Assembly (NCBI GenBank): GCA_039798785.1
Contig: JBDKFG010000006.1
Span: forward strand, 32,001-96,000
From: Verrucomicrobiota bacterium
Lineage (GTDB): Bacteria > Verrucomicrobiota > Lentisphaeria > Lentisphaerales > Lentisphaeraceae
Length of the DNA stretch: 64,000 nt
Reading direction: 5' to 3'
The stretch's first letter is position 1. Each line of letters begins with the position of its first letter. A program made the translations under genes and the position numbers. Below are positions 38,653-48,884 of the stretch, one piece after another. The notes under the pieces were generated by a model. That model saw only the letters and a program-made list of their open reading frames with translations, made no database searches and was not told where the DNA came from.

Positions 38653-39333
38653 ATGATCCTCAGCATTCCCGACATCCTCAGCCCGGAAGAACTCGCCCTC
38701 GGCCGGGAAATCCTCGAAAAGGCGACCTGGATCGACGGCTCGGCCACCGCCGGCCACCAGTCGTCACAGGTGAAGAACAACCTGCAGCTGCCCCAGGACG
38801 GCGAAGCCGCCCGCAAGGTCGGCGAGATGATCCTCCGCGGCCTCGCCCGCTCGCCCCTCTTCCTCAGCGCCGCCCTGCCCAAGGAGATTTATCCGCCCCT
38901 CTTCAGCCGCTACGCCGCCGGGCAAAGCTTCGGCAGCCATGTCGACAACGCCGTCCGCCACCTCCCCGGCGGACGCGGCGCCATCCGGACGGATTTATCC
39001 TGCACCTACTTCTTCGCCGGGCCGGAGGAGTACGAGGGCGGCGAGCTGTGCATCCGCGACACCTACGGCGTCCAGCAGGTCAAGCTGCCGGCCGGACAGA
39101 TGATCCTCTACCCCTCTTCCAGCCTGCACTGGGTCAACCCCGTCACCCGCGGCGCCCGCCTCTGCTCCTTCTTCTGGCTGCAGAGCCTGATCCGTCAGGA
39201 CGAACGGCGCTCGCTGCTATTCGACATGGACGTGGCAATCCAGCGCCTCGCAGGAGAAAATCCCAGGCACTTGTCGGTGCTGGAGCTCACCAACAACTAC
39301 CACAACCTGCTGCGGATGTGGGCGGATCTATGA
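38653..39333 (+). CDS. piuC: PKHD-type Fe(II)/2-oxoglutarate dioxygenase (PiuC/YbiX)
   Basis: WIDGSATAG, KNNLQL, HVDNA, RTDLS, YEGGEL, YPSSSLH, YHNLLRMW. Confidence 0.92.
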   Translation: MILSIPDILSPEELALGREILEKATWIDGSATAGHQSSQVKNNLQLPQDGEAARKVGEMILRGLARSPLFLSAALPKEIYPPLFSRYAAGQSFGSHVDNAVRHLPGGRGAIRTDLSCTYFFAGPEEYEGGELCIRDTYGVQQVKLPAGQMILYPSSSLHWVNPVTRGARLCSFFWLQSLIRQDERRSLLFDMDVAIQRLAGENPRHLSVLELTNNYHNLLRMWADL

Positions 39334-40019
39334 AGGCTGCATCAGCTCGCGACTGCGCCGTCAGCGCCGCCTGCGGACTCCTCCTCGTCGGCAGCCTTCT
39401 CGGCTCCGGAGCGCCGCCAAAGCCCCCCGCCGCCCCGCCGCCCGCACCCTTGCAGATCCCGCCGCCGCCCGTGCCGCTGGAACTGCAGCTGGAAGCAGAG
39501 AAACCCGCTCCGGCTCACAGCCCGGCTCACAGCCAGGCGCCTGCCCAGCCCCTGCCTGCCCCCCCGCACCTTGAGATGCCGCCGCCCCTCACGGAGACGA
39601 TCCCCGCCCACGCCTTCGCCCTGCCGCCCCTGCCGGAGATCAGCAGCCTCCTCCCCGTCGAACAGCTGCCGCGCCCCGCCCTGATCCAGCTCCCCGCCAC
39701 AGCTAATTCCCGCGGAAATGCCGCCGCCCCGAGCCCGTCACCACCCTCGGTGCAAACCCTCGCCTTCGGCGTCGGCGCCGGCAAGCAACCCGCGCCCCGC
39801 TATCCGCGTGAAGCCCTCCGACGCGGCCAGCAAGGCTCGGTCGAAATCCTCTTCTCCGTCAACCGCGATGGAGCGGTCGAGACGGCCGAAATCCTCTCGC
39901 CAAGCCCCTGGCCGCTGCTCAATCAGGAAGCCCTGCGCGTCGTCCGCGAACGCTGGAACTTCCCTCCCGGCGAGTGCCGCCGCTATCGCGTCCCCATCCG
40001 CTTCAAACTCGAAAAATGA
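39330..40019 (+). CDS. tonB: TonB family energy transducer
   Basis: N-terminal TM segment, Pro-rich linker, PRYPREALRRGQQGSV...VPIRF. Confidence 0.85.
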   Translation: MKAASARDCAVSAACGLLLVGSLLGSGAPPKPPAAPPPAPLQIPPPPVPLELQLEAEKPAPAHSPAHSQAPAQPLPAPPHLEMPPPLTETIPAHAFALPPLPEISSLLPVEQLPRPALIQLPATANSRGNAAAPSPSPPSVQTLAFGVGAGKQPAPRYPREALRRGQQGSVEILFSVNRDGAVETAEILSPSPWPLLNQEALRVVRERWNFPPGECRRYRVPIRFKLEK

Positions 40020-40029
40020 GAACCGCCCC

Positions 40030-40728
40030 ATGAACATGTGCAGACCTTTCCTCGCCAACGCCGCCTACGACTTCATCGTCGAGGGAGGCCCGATCATGGC
40101 CCCGATCCTCCTCGCCCTCTTCCTCGCCCTCACCGTCCTCCTCGAACGCAGCCTCTGGTGGCTCTCCCTCCGCCGCCGCGCCGATCCGGCCTCTCGCGAC
40201 CGGCTCTGGCAAGCCCTAGCCGCCGGGGATTTCCGCCAGGCCATCGAAATCTGCCGCGCCAGCCCCGATCCGCTCCTGGCCATCCTCCACCAAGGCCTGA
40301 TCCACGCCCACGGCAGCTTCCTCGGCGCCATGCAGATCGCCGCCACCCGCTTCGCCGCCGAAGCCGAAAAACGCCTGTGGATCCTCAGCACCCTGATCAC
40401 CCTCGCTCCCCTGCTCGGCTTGATGGGCACGGTCCTCGGCATCATGCACAGCTTCTCCTTCGTCGGCGACGCCGAACTCGCCGTCAGCAAGGTCGGCGGC
40501 GGCATCGGCGAAGCCCTCATCGCCACCGCCGCCGGCCTCGCCGTCGCCATCCTCTGCCTCCTCCCCTACAACTACTTCCGCCGCCGCCTTCAAAGCCTCC
40601 GCGATGACTTCGAAATCGCCATCAACCACACCGAATTGGTGGTCGCCGCGGCAAAACACCACGGCCATGACCTCGAAGCCTTCGCCCGCCGACAGGCTGC
40701 CGATTCGTTCCAGTCCCCGCGGAATTGA
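40030..40728 (+). CDS. exbB: ExbB/TolQ/MotA proton channel
   Basis: GGPIM, APLLGLMGTVLGI, GIGEALIATAAGL. Confidence 0.9.
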   Translation: MNMCRPFLANAAYDFIVEGGPIMAPILLALFLALTVLLERSLWWLSLRRRADPASRDRLWQALAAGDFRQAIEICRASPDPLLAILHQGLIHAHGSFLGAMQIAATRFAAEAEKRLWILSTLITLAPLLGLMGTVLGIMHSFSFVGDAELAVSKVGGGIGEALIATAAGLAVAILCLLPYNYFRRRLQSLRDDFEIAINHTELVVAAAKHHGHDLEAFARRQAADSFQSPRN

Positions 40729-40731
40729 ACC

Positions 40732-41148
40732 ATGCCTGTCCGACTCAGCCCCCGCCGCCACGATGACGACGAAGCCAGGATCGAGATCATCCCCCTCATC
40801 GACATCATGTTCTTCCTCCTCGCCGCCTTCATGCTGCTCAGCTTGAAGATGGTCCGCCTCAACACCACCCAGGTGAAGCTGCCCGCCAGCGCCTCCGCCA
40901 GCCCCGATCCGGCCAAGGACCAACCCCTCGTCGTCACCGTCGCCGCCAGCGGCATCATCAGCTTCGAGAAAACGCCTCTCAGCCCCTCCGAACTCGCCGC
41001 CCGCCTCAAGCCCCTGGCCGCCTCCGGCAATCTCCGCGTCCTCATCGCCGGCGACGCCGACTCACGCCACCGCGACCTGATGCGCACCCTCGACGCGGTC
41101 CGCCTGGCCGGCGTCTCCAGCGTCGCCTTCGTCGCTCAAAAGGAATGA
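40732..41148 (+). CDS. exbD: ExbD/TolR
   Basis: IEIIPLIDIMFFLLAAFM, VLIAGD, LDAVRLAG. Confidence 0.92.
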   Translation: MPVRLSPRRHDDDEARIEIIPLIDIMFFLLAAFMLLSLKMVRLNTTQVKLPASASASPDPAKDQPLVVTVAASGIISFEKTPLSPSELAARLKPLAASGNLRVLIAGDADSRHRDLMRTLDAVRLAGVSSVAFVAQKE

Positions 41149-41152
41149 CCCC

Positions 41153-41737
41153 ATGCCCCGACTGGCTCATATCAACCTCCTAGGACTCCTCCTGCTCGGC
41201 TCCGTCTGCCTCTGGCAATGGCGACGCGAAGCCGGACTTCGCCACCAGCTCTCCGCTCAGTCGCAGCTCGCCTGCCGCCAGGAAGCCCGCCACCGCGATC
41301 TCGAATCGGAGAAATCGCGCCTCGCCGCCGACCTAGAACTCTTCCGCCAACAAGCCAAGACCCAAGGCGAGGCCCTCGAACTCGAGAGAACCAAACGGCT
41401 CGAGACTGAGTCGAAACTGCACCTGGCCTCCGGCGAAAACGCGCAACTGAAGCGCAGTCTGGCCGAATGGACCGGCGCCCTCCAGGCTCGGGAAACCCGT
41501 CTCGCCGAAATCTCAATGCAGCGCGACAAGATCGCCGCCCAGCTGCATCAGGCCGCCACCACCTGCACCGAGCTGCATCGCCAGGCCGAGACAGCGCTGC
41601 ATCTCCTGCAACAGCGCACCGAGGACTGCAACCGCCTCACCCAGGAGCTCAATCATCGCCAGCGCGAATCCCTCGAACTCACCGAGCTTCTCAACCGCAG
41701 AACCGCCGAATACCAGCAGCTGCTGAACCAACGCTGA
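41153..41737 (+). CDS. Membrane-anchored coiled-coil hypothetical protein
   Basis: N-terminal TM segment then a Leu/Gln/Glu/Arg heptad pattern; last gene of the operon. Confidence 0.7.
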   Translation: MPRLAHINLLGLLLLGSVCLWQWRREAGLRHQLSAQSQLACRQEARHRDLESEKSRLAADLELFRQQAKTQGEALELERTKRLETESKLHLASGENAQLKRSLAEWTGALQARETRLAEISMQRDKIAAQLHQAATTCTELHRQAETALHLLQQRTEDCNRLTQELNHRQRESLELTELLNRRTAEYQQLLNQR

Positions 41738-41773
41738 GCTGCAGGATCGCGCACCCCGCCCGAACTCAACTTG

Positions 41774-41910
41774 GATTCCGAAGCTGAGCTTGGGCTCAGC
41801 TCGGGAATCCGATTCAAGATTCAAAATTCAAGATTCAACAGAACGCGAACAAAATCAAAGATTTAGCATCCAAGACTGAAGGCTGACTCAGAGCTTCAAC
41901 TTCGGAATCG
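41774..41910. repeat. Structured intergenic element with (G/A)ATTCAA heptamers and inverted arms
   Basis: Four heptamers at 41811-41838; GATTCCGAAG and CTTCGGAATC inverted ends. Confidence 0.6.
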
Positions 41911-41962
41911 AGGCTCAATAAATATCTACGAAAGAGAGCTCCAGCCTTGAGGCTGATTCACT

Positions 41963-42307
41963 TCATGGGTCGCGCCAAAGATAGATCATAATATTTTGAT
42001 CTGAAACCTGTCGTGCAGACCAAGCAACCCCGCAGCGGCGAGAGCTGTAAACAGCCTCGGCAGCTTGCTCCGCAAGAGTCTCCGCTTCCTCCAATGAACG
42101 GCATACGAGCAAGCCGCTCGATTGCAGTTCTTCGTCAGTCAAGGATGCACCAGACAACACCTTGTCCCAGAGGATTTCCGCGGTGTTCTTTCGCTTGCGT
42201 TTTCCGCACTTCGGTCGACGGAACTCTAGGTCGGAGGCGATGATGAAACGACAAGGAAGGGATAGGTCGCTACCTTCTTGCTGCAGCAACGCGGCTAGGG
42301 AAGCCAC
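41963..42307 (-). CDS. Hypothetical protein
   Basis: 114-aa ORF starting just after the hisS stop with a GAGG-type RBS; no recognisable motif. Confidence 0.45.
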   Translation of the reverse strand: MASLAALLQQEGSDLSLPCRFIIASDLEFRRPKCGKRKRKNTAEILWDKVLSGASLTDEELQSSGLLVCRSLEEAETLAEQAAEAVYSSRRCGVAWSARQVSDQNIMIYLWRDP

Positions 42308-42308
42308 C

Positions 42309-43619
42309 TCATCCTCGCAGCTCTTTCACCAGGGCCTCGAGATCAAGCGGGCCCTGAGCTCCGGCGACCAGGTTTTTCATCTGGAAGCTGCCGTCGGCTT
42401 CAGGCATCACGATGAAGCGGGCGCCGCGTTTTTCGGCGAACTGGATCTGCTTGCCGAAGCGCTTGGCGGAGGGAGTGGTCTCGACCCGCAGGCCGGCGGC
42501 GCGGAGCTGCGCCGCGACTTGGTTGCCGAGTGGACGCTGATTCTCGTCGAAGAGCAGCACCATCACTTCGGTGGGAGTGGCGGGCAAGGGCGCGAGACGG
42601 CCCGATTCGAAGAGGATGTAGAGAAGGCGGCTGACTCCGATCGACAGGCCGACGCCGGGGAGCTTGCGCTCGGTGAACTTGCTGGCGAGGTTGTCGTAGC
42701 GGCCGCCGGAGCAGACCGAGCCGTACTGCTCGAGGCCGACGAGATTGCACTCGTAGACCGAGCCGGTGTAGTAGTCGAGGCCGCGGGCGATGCTGAGGTC
42801 GAAGCGGATGCGGCCGGCGGGCAGATGGGCGAGGTTTTTGAAGATGCTTTCCAGCTCAAGCTTGGCCAAAGCGACGATCTCGTGCGAGGTGTCGAGGCTG
42901 GCGAGGAAGTCGAAGGCCTCGGTCAGGGAATATTTGCGCGAGGCGAGGTCGACGCAGAAGGCCGCCTGTTCGGCGCTGAGGCCGTTTTCCAGAAGCAGCT
43001 TGGTGACGCCGTCCTTGCCGATCTTGTCGATCTTGTCGACCGCGATCAGGGTCTTGCCGAACTCGTTGATGCCTTGCTGACGGTAGAGGCCGTCGAGGAG
43101 CTTGCGGTTGTTGATGCGGATGACGAAGTCGCCGACTTGCAGGGCTTCGAAGATGTCGTGCAAAACCTGCACCACTTCGGCCTCGTAGTGAAGCGGCAGC
43201 TCGCCGTCGCCGACGATGTCGATATCGCTCTGATAGAACTCGCGGTAGCGGCCGGACTGGGCTTTTTCGCCGCGCCAGACCTTCTGCTGCTGGTAGCGCT
43301 TGAAGGGGAACTGCAGATTGGCGTAGTTGTCGGCGGTGTAGCGGGCGAAGGGCAGGGTGAGGTCGAAGTGGAGGCCGAATTCCCCTTCGCGGTCTTCGGT
43401 GGCGGCGGCGAGGCGGTGGATGCCGAAGATCTCCTTCGAGACGTCGCCGGAGGTGGCCAAGGCCTCGACCTTCTCGACGGCGCAGGTTTCGATCGGGGTG
43501 TAGCCGTAGGATTCGTAGATGCGGCGGATGCTCGCCATCACTTCTTGTTCGCGGCGGCGGGCGCCGGGAAGCCATTCGGGGAAGCCGCGGTGGAATTTGC
43601 CGAAGAATGCGTCGCTCAT
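42309..43619 (-). CDS. hisS: Histidine--tRNA ligase
   Basis: GFPEWLP, FDLTLPFARY, VWRGE, GRYREFYQSDID, IARGLDYYTG, SGGRYDNL. Confidence 0.96.
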   Translation of the reverse strand: MSDAFFGKFHRGFPEWLPGARRREQEVMASIRRIYESYGYTPIETCAVEKVEALATSGDVSKEIFGIHRLAAATEDREGEFGLHFDLTLPFARYTADNYANLQFPFKRYQQQKVWRGEKAQSGRYREFYQSDIDIVGDGELPLHYEAEVVQVLHDIFEALQVGDFVIRINNRKLLDGLYRQQGINEFGKTLIAVDKIDKIGKDGVTKLLLENGLSAEQAAFCVDLASRKYSLTEAFDFLASLDTSHEIVALAKLELESIFKNLAHLPAGRIRFDLSIARGLDYYTGSVYECNLVGLEQYGSVCSGGRYDNLASKFTERKLPGVGLSIGVSRLLYILFESGRLAPLPATPTEVMVLLFDENQRPLGNQVAAQLRAAGLRVETTPSAKRFGKQIQFAEKRGARFIVMPEADGSFQMKNLVAGAQGPLDLEALVKELRG

Positions 43620-43758
43620 GGGGGGATCCTGTGGGTTTTTTGAACCCGCCCAATCTGCCGCGGCTTGTCGCGAGCGCAAGACGGGACTCAAGCTTCCAGC
43701 TTGAGGAGCTCAACCGGCTGGCAGCCGGCGCTCCCAGGGAACCTATTCACCGATCTTA

Positions 43759-44271
43759 TTACGACTTATTGCGGAGGCGAATTCCTTTCTTGGTGGCACC
43801 CTCGAGAGCTTCGCGTTTGAGGCGGGCACGTCGCGCGGCATCGAGGGTTTCCGCCGCGCTGTGGCGGCTGTAGGCGGAGACACCGCCGATGAGTGTCAAC
43901 AGCCACAAAAAGACGGCGACGGCCCAGGGAAGTCCACCTTGCGGCGGATCGAAGGAGACCCAGTAGGAATAAGCATTTTTCGGATCGGGATGGATCCAGA
44001 TGCGGGCTCCGGGCTTCGGGTTCAGAGGGGCGCGATGCTCGCTGGTCTCCGAATAGCGGATTTTGTCGACATGCCAGGTTGCTGTGAGTGCGATCTTAGG
44101 TTTTGATTTCTTGCGATGTGAGCTGCGTTTGATGTTTTTCACGCTCCAGCTTTCGGCTTCGTAGCCAGGCCAGGAGAGGCGTTCGGCGGTGTTTTGGTGC
44201 CAAGCGATGGTGCCACCGAGGACCAGTATGGCGAGGAGGGAGCAGATGAAGACAATCAATTTCACGGACAT
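43759..44271 (-). CDS. Hypothetical membrane protein (DUF3592-like)
   Basis: TM segment, beta domain, second TM segment; internal start MSVKLIV. Confidence 0.55.
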   Translation of the reverse strand: MSVKLIVFICSLLAILVLGGTIAWHQNTAERLSWPGYEAESWSVKNIKRSSHRKKSKPKIALTATWHVDKIRYSETSEHRAPLNPKPGARIWIHPDPKNAYSYWVSFDPPQGGLPWAVAVFLWLLTLIGGVSAYSRHSAAETLDAARRARLKREALEGATKKGIRLRNKS

Positions 44272-44393
44272 GACCTTGGAAGTGGAGTTGAGCAAGCTCG
44301 GGAAGCTACTGCGAACTGCAGAGGGCAGCCCTTCCGAAGCTCCGTGAATTGCGGAAGCCAAGTTACTCCGTGGGCCGGCGCTCCCCAGGAAGC

Positions 44394-45242
44394 TCAAACC
44401 CGGTAGAATTCCTTGCTGCCGGGCCGGCGCGGCGGACGTTTGGCGAGGTGGGCCTGGACGGCGCGGAAGAGGGCCTTGGTTTCGTTCATCGACACCTGAT
44501 CGCCGAGATAGAGACGGAGGAAGCGCCAACGCTGGCTGAGGCTGAGATGGCGGAGGCCGCGGCGGGCGAGGGAGCTGAGGTCGAGGATGCGCGAATGGCG
44601 GGCGGTCAGGCGGGCAATCAGGCCGGAGCGCTGGCGGGGGCAGTCCATCCACACGAGCTCGTAGCCCTCGCCGAGGCGGCGGACCAGGAGGTTGCGCCAC
44701 TTCAGGTCGCAGTGGTAGAAATTTGCGGCGTGCGCAAGCTTGAGCTGCGTCGCCAGGTGTCGCGATAAATCCAACACCAGTTTGGCTCGGGCCTCCGGCG
44801 CGAGCGGGTCGAGCTGACGCTCGGCGAATTTCGCCAGGTCGGAGATCGCGCCGGCGTCTTCGGTGACGATGTAGGCTTCGAAGAGGCGGCCGAAATCGCG
44901 GCGTTCGCCGAGGGCGCGGCACTTCAGGGTCGGGATGCCGAGCTCCGCCAGGATGGCATAGCCCTGGGACTCGATCTGGGCCTTGCTGCGGCGCAGGAAG
45001 AATTCCCAAGGAGTCGCCCGGAGTTCGTAGACCTTGGCGTAGAGCGCCGGGCCGGACTCGGCTTCAAGCCGGGTGACGAGGCCGCTGGCGCTGCGTTCGA
45101 TCTGCTGCCCCTTCAAGGCCTCGCGCCAGTCACCAGCGCGATCGAGGCCGAGGCGGGCCAAGATGGCCTCATCGGCCACGGCATGGCAACGGGCGAGGCC
45201 GTGCCAGGCCAGAGGCAGAAGTCGAAACGGGGCGGGCGACAC
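44394..45242 (-). CDS. Lipopolysaccharide kinase family protein (Kdo/WaaP/InaA)
   Basis: LYAKVY, SKAQIE, IVTE, HCDLKWRNLLV, WMDCP, DL. Confidence 0.85.
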   Translation of the reverse strand: MSPAPFRLLPLAWHGLARCHAVADEAILARLGLDRAGDWREALKGQQIERSASGLVTRLEAESGPALYAKVYELRATPWEFFLRRSKAQIESQGYAILAELGIPTLKCRALGERRDFGRLFEAYIVTEDAGAISDLAKFAERQLDPLAPEARAKLVLDLSRHLATQLKLAHAANFYHCDLKWRNLLVRRLGEGYELVWMDCPRQRSGLIARLTARHSRILDLSSLARRGLRHLSLSQRWRFLRLYLGDQVSMNETKALFRAVQAHLAKRPPRRPGSKEFYRV

Positions 45243-45247
45243 GGGGC

Positions 45248-48184
45248 TTAGACGCGTTGTTCGCCGTCGGCTTCCAGGTCCTTGGCGGCCTTGAGGTCGT
45301 CGCGGGTGGCGGTCTGGGGGCGGAAGCCCATCGACATGAGCTGCTGCAGGGCCATGAGGAACTGCTGCTCCTCGGAGTCGGCGGCGGAGTGTTCGTCGAG
45401 GGGGGTGGAGTGGAGTTTGCGGAGCAGGCGTTCGAGCGATTGGTCTTCGGCGAACATGTTTTTCAGGATGTCGTCGGCGACGGCGATTTCGAACTCATCG
45501 AACATCTGGAAGGCCTGCTGCTTGTATTCGACCAGGGGGTCCTTCTGGGCGATGGAGGAGAACTGGACGTTCTGGCGCAGGTGGTCCATGCCGCGGAGGT
45601 GCTCGATCCACAGCTTGTCGATGGCGGCGAGCATGATGTTGCGTTCGTGGCGGCGGAGATACTCGACTTCATCTTCCGACTCTTTCTTGACGTAGGCGGC
45701 CTCGATCCGTTCGGCCAGCTTGGCGGCGAGCTGATTGGGGCTGAGGGAGCCGTCGAAGGCGAGGGTTTCGAGATCGAGGTCGAGGGGGAAGGTGGCGGCG
45801 AGCCATTTCTCCAGGGGTTTGCGGTCGATCGGGCGGGGCCCCTTGGACTGATTCTTGGCGGCGGCGCGTTCGCATTTCTCCTCGAGGGTGTTGACCAGGA
45901 TGTCGAAGAGGCGTTTGCGGGGGTTCTGGGCGTGGAGGATGTCGCGGCGGAGCTTGTAGATGATGGTCCGCTGCTTGTTCATCACGTCGTCGTATTCGAG
46001 GGTCTTCTTGCGCGAGTAGAAGTTCTGGTTTTCGACCTTCTTCTGGGCGTTCTCGATGGTGTAGGTGAGCATGCCGGACTCGAGCTGTTCGCCTTCTTTC
46101 AGGCCCATGCGTTCGAGGACGCCGGCGATGCGATCCGAACCGAAGAGGCGCATCAGCTTGTCTTCAAGGGAGATGAAGAAGAGTGAGGAGCCCGGGTCGC
46201 CTTGGCGGGCGCAGCGGCCGCGGAGCTGGCGGTCGATGCGTCGGGAGTCGTGGCGTTCGGCGCCGATGACGTGCAGGCCGCCGAGTTCGGCGACGCCTGG
46301 ACCGAGCTTGATGTCGGTGCCTCGGCCCGCCATGTTGGTGGCGATGGTGACGGCGCTGCGCTGACCGGCGAGAGAGATGATCTCGGCTTCGGCCTGGTGG
46401 CGGCGGGCGTTCAGGACCTTGTGGGGCACACCGGCGTTCTGCAGATATTTCGAGATGATTTCCGAGACTTCGACGGTCGGGGTGCCGAGGAGGATGGGTC
46501 GGCCGAGCTCATGGACGGCCTGGACTTCCGCGGTGATGGCATTGTACTTCTCGCGTGCGGTCTTGAAGATGCGGTCGTTGAGGTCGGTGCGCAGGCAGAC
46601 GCGGTTGGGCGGGATGGCGACGGTTTCGAGCTTGTAGATTTCCTTGAACTCGGCGGCTTCGGTGAGGGCGGTGCCGGTCATGCCGCCGAGCTTGGTGTAG
46701 AGGCGGAAGTAGTTCTGGATGGTGATGGTGGCGAGGGTCTGGGTCTCGGCTTCGATGCGGACGTTTTCCTTGGCTTCGAGAGCCTGGTGGAGGCCTTCGG
46801 AGTAGCGGCGTCCGGGGAGGGCGCGGCCGGTGTTTTCGTCGACGATGACCACTTTGCCTTCGCCGGAGCTGTAGTCGACGATGTAGGCGATGTCCTTCTC
46901 GTAGAGGCAGTAGGCCTTGAGGAGCTGGGCGATGGTGTGGATTTCGGAGGTCTTGTTGGCGTATTTCTCCTGGGCGGCTCGGCGGGCGGCGAGGCGGCCG
47001 TCCTCGTCGAGCGACCTGTCGGCGTCGATGGTCTGGAACTGCTCGACGATGTCGGGCAGCAGGTAGGCGTCGGGGTCGTCGGGAGCGATGACGGCGCGGC
47101 CCTTGTCGGAGAGGTCGGTGTCGTGGTGTTTTTCGTCGATGGCGAAGAACAGTTCCTGCTTGGTCTTCTGGAGGAGGCCGCGGTTCGAATCGGAGTAGAA
47201 GCTGAGGTCCTGTTTTTCGTATTCGCGGCGGATGTTGGCTTCTTCGAGGAGGGCCATGAGGCGCTTGTTTTTGGGAGAGCCGAGGCGGACCTTGCAGAGC
47301 TCGAAGGCGGCGTCCTTGAAGGCGTCGCTGCCGGGTTTTTCCGACTTCAGGACCTTCTCGGCCTTGTCGAGCATTTCCTCGATCAGGGCTTCCTGCTTGC
47401 GGACGAGGCGTTCGATGCCGGGTTTGAGGCGGTCGTAGTCCTGGCTGGAGGAGGCGACTGCGCCGGAGATGATCAAGGGGGTGCGGGCTTCGTCGATGAG
47501 GATCGAGTCGATTTCGTCGACGATGACGAAGTAGTGGTCGCGCTGGACGATTTCCTCTGGGCGGGTGGCCATGCCCTGGTCGCGGAGGTAGTCGAAGCCG
47601 AATTCCGAGTTGGTGCCGTAGGTGATGTCGCAGGCGTACTGGGCCCGGCGTTCATCGGGGTTTTGGCCGTGCTGGGCGCAGCCGACGGTCAGGCCCATCC
47701 AGCGGAAGATCTGGCCGATCCATTCCGAGTCGCGGCGGGCGAGGTAGTCGTTGGTGGTGACGAGCTGGCAGTTGCGGCCGGTCATGGCGTTGAGGTAGAG
47801 GGGCATGGCGGCGGTGAGGGTCTTGCCCTCGCCTGTCTGCATCTCGGCGATGCCGCCGCGGTGGATGACCATGCCGCCGATGAGCTGGACATCGAAGGGG
47901 ATCATGTTCCACGTCTCGACCTTGCCGAGGATGTCGAAGCTCTGGCCGCAGAGGCGGCGGCAGCAGTCCTTGACCACGGCGAAGGCTTCCGGCAGCATCG
48001 ATTCCAGGCTTTCGCCTTTCTGGAAACGGGCGCGGAACTCCTGGGTCTTGGCTTTCAGCTGTTCGTCGCTGAGCGAGCTCAGGGTGGGGTAGATCTTGTT
48101 GATGCGATCGGCTTCGGCGCGGAGCTGCTTGACGCGGCGGTCGTTGGCGGAGCCGAAGATGGCTTTGAAGAGGTTGGCGATCAT
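45248..48184 (-). CDS. secA: Preprotein translocase ATPase SecA
   Basis: EMQTGEGKT, NDYLARRD, DEIDSILIDEARTPLIISG, GMTGTA, ATNMAGRGTDI, QLRGRCARQGDPG. Confidence 0.98.
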   Translation of the reverse strand: MIANLFKAIFGSANDRRVKQLRAEADRINKIYPTLSSLSDEQLKAKTQEFRARFQKGESLESMLPEAFAVVKDCCRRLCGQSFDILGKVETWNMIPFDVQLIGGMVIHRGGIAEMQTGEGKTLTAAMPLYLNAMTGRNCQLVTTNDYLARRDSEWIGQIFRWMGLTVGCAQHGQNPDERRAQYACDITYGTNSEFGFDYLRDQGMATRPEEIVQRDHYFVIVDEIDSILIDEARTPLIISGAVASSSQDYDRLKPGIERLVRKQEALIEEMLDKAEKVLKSEKPGSDAFKDAAFELCKVRLGSPKNKRLMALLEEANIRREYEKQDLSFYSDSNRGLLQKTKQELFFAIDEKHHDTDLSDKGRAVIAPDDPDAYLLPDIVEQFQTIDADRSLDEDGRLAARRAAQEKYANKTSEIHTIAQLLKAYCLYEKDIAYIVDYSSGEGKVVIVDENTGRALPGRRYSEGLHQALEAKENVRIEAETQTLATITIQNYFRLYTKLGGMTGTALTEAAEFKEIYKLETVAIPPNRVCLRTDLNDRIFKTAREKYNAITAEVQAVHELGRPILLGTPTVEVSEIISKYLQNAGVPHKVLNARRHQAEAEIISLAGQRSAVTIATNMAGRGTDIKLGPGVAELGGLHVIGAERHDSRRIDRQLRGRCARQGDPGSSLFFISLEDKLMRLFGSDRIAGVLERMGLKEGEQLESGMLTYTIENAQKKVENQNFYSRKKTLEYDDVMNKQRTIIYKLRRDILHAQNPRKRLFDILVNTLEEKCERAAAKNQSKGPRPIDRKPLEKWLAATFPLDLDLETLAFDGSLSPNQLAAKLAERIEAAYVKKESEDEVEYLRRHERNIMLAAIDKLWIEHLRGMDHLRQNVQFSSIAQKDPLVEYKQQAFQMFDEFEIAVADDILKNMFAEDQSLERLLRKLHSTPLDEHSAADSEEQQFLMALQQLMSMGFRPQTATRDDLKAAKDLEADGEQRV

Positions 48185-48278
48185 GATCTGTAGGGATTCC
48201 GGGGGCGGCGGCGGCCGCGTGTTTCAAGGCGAAAGGGCAGGCTGGGTCAGCCTGCCCCGGGAGGCTGAGGCGGTGGCC

Positions 48279-48884
48279 TCAGGGTGCGGCGGGGGTGGCC
48301 GCAGCCGCGTCGGCCGTGGCGGGAGCTGCCGCGACGGGATCCTTGCTGCCGTTGACACTGTCGATGACGGCCTTGACCTCGTAGCGTTTCTGCAGGGCGC
48401 CGAGGCGGTTGCTGAGGATGAAGCGGGTCTGGCCGGCGGGCACTTCGAAGAGCAGTTGCACCGGGCTGCCCGGGGTGATGGTGTTGGCGTTGGTGATCGC
48501 CGCCTTGTCCCAGGCGACTTTCGCGGGACCGACGTTGTGGACCTCGGGAATGGTCTTGGAGAAAGGCTTCCCGGAGTGGGCGAGGGCGATGGCGCGGACG
48601 CCTTGGGTCTGGCCTTCGGGGATGAGGAGGTAGTCGAGAATGCTGATCGAGCGGGCGGCAGCGAGATCGATGTTGAGGACGACGAAGCTCTTGCCTTCGG
48701 CGGGGGTGAGCTCACTCGGGGCGGCTTCGTCGGCGTTGCTGCGAGGGGTGCGCTTGAAGGCCTGGACCGTGGCGGGAGTGTCGACGGAGGTGATCTTGCC
48801 TTCACGCAGCTTGACGTCGCAGGGGGCGGCGGCGAAGCATTGGCCGGCAAGGAGGAAGGTGGTGATGGCGGCGAGGAATTTCAT
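48279..48884 (-). CDS. Hypothetical exported protein
   Basis: Signal peptide MKFLAAITTFLLAGQCFA; beta-rich; AGGAG RBS. Confidence 0.7.
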   Translation of the reverse strand: MKFLAAITTFLLAGQCFAAAPCDVKLREGKITSVDTPATVQAFKRTPRSNADEAAPSELTPAEGKSFVVLNIDLAAARSISILDYLLIPEGQTQGVRAIALAHSGKPFSKTIPEVHNVGPAKVAWDKAAITNANTITPGSPVQLLFEVPAGQTRFILSNRLGALQKRYEVKAVIDSVNGSKDPVAAAPATADAAAATPAAP

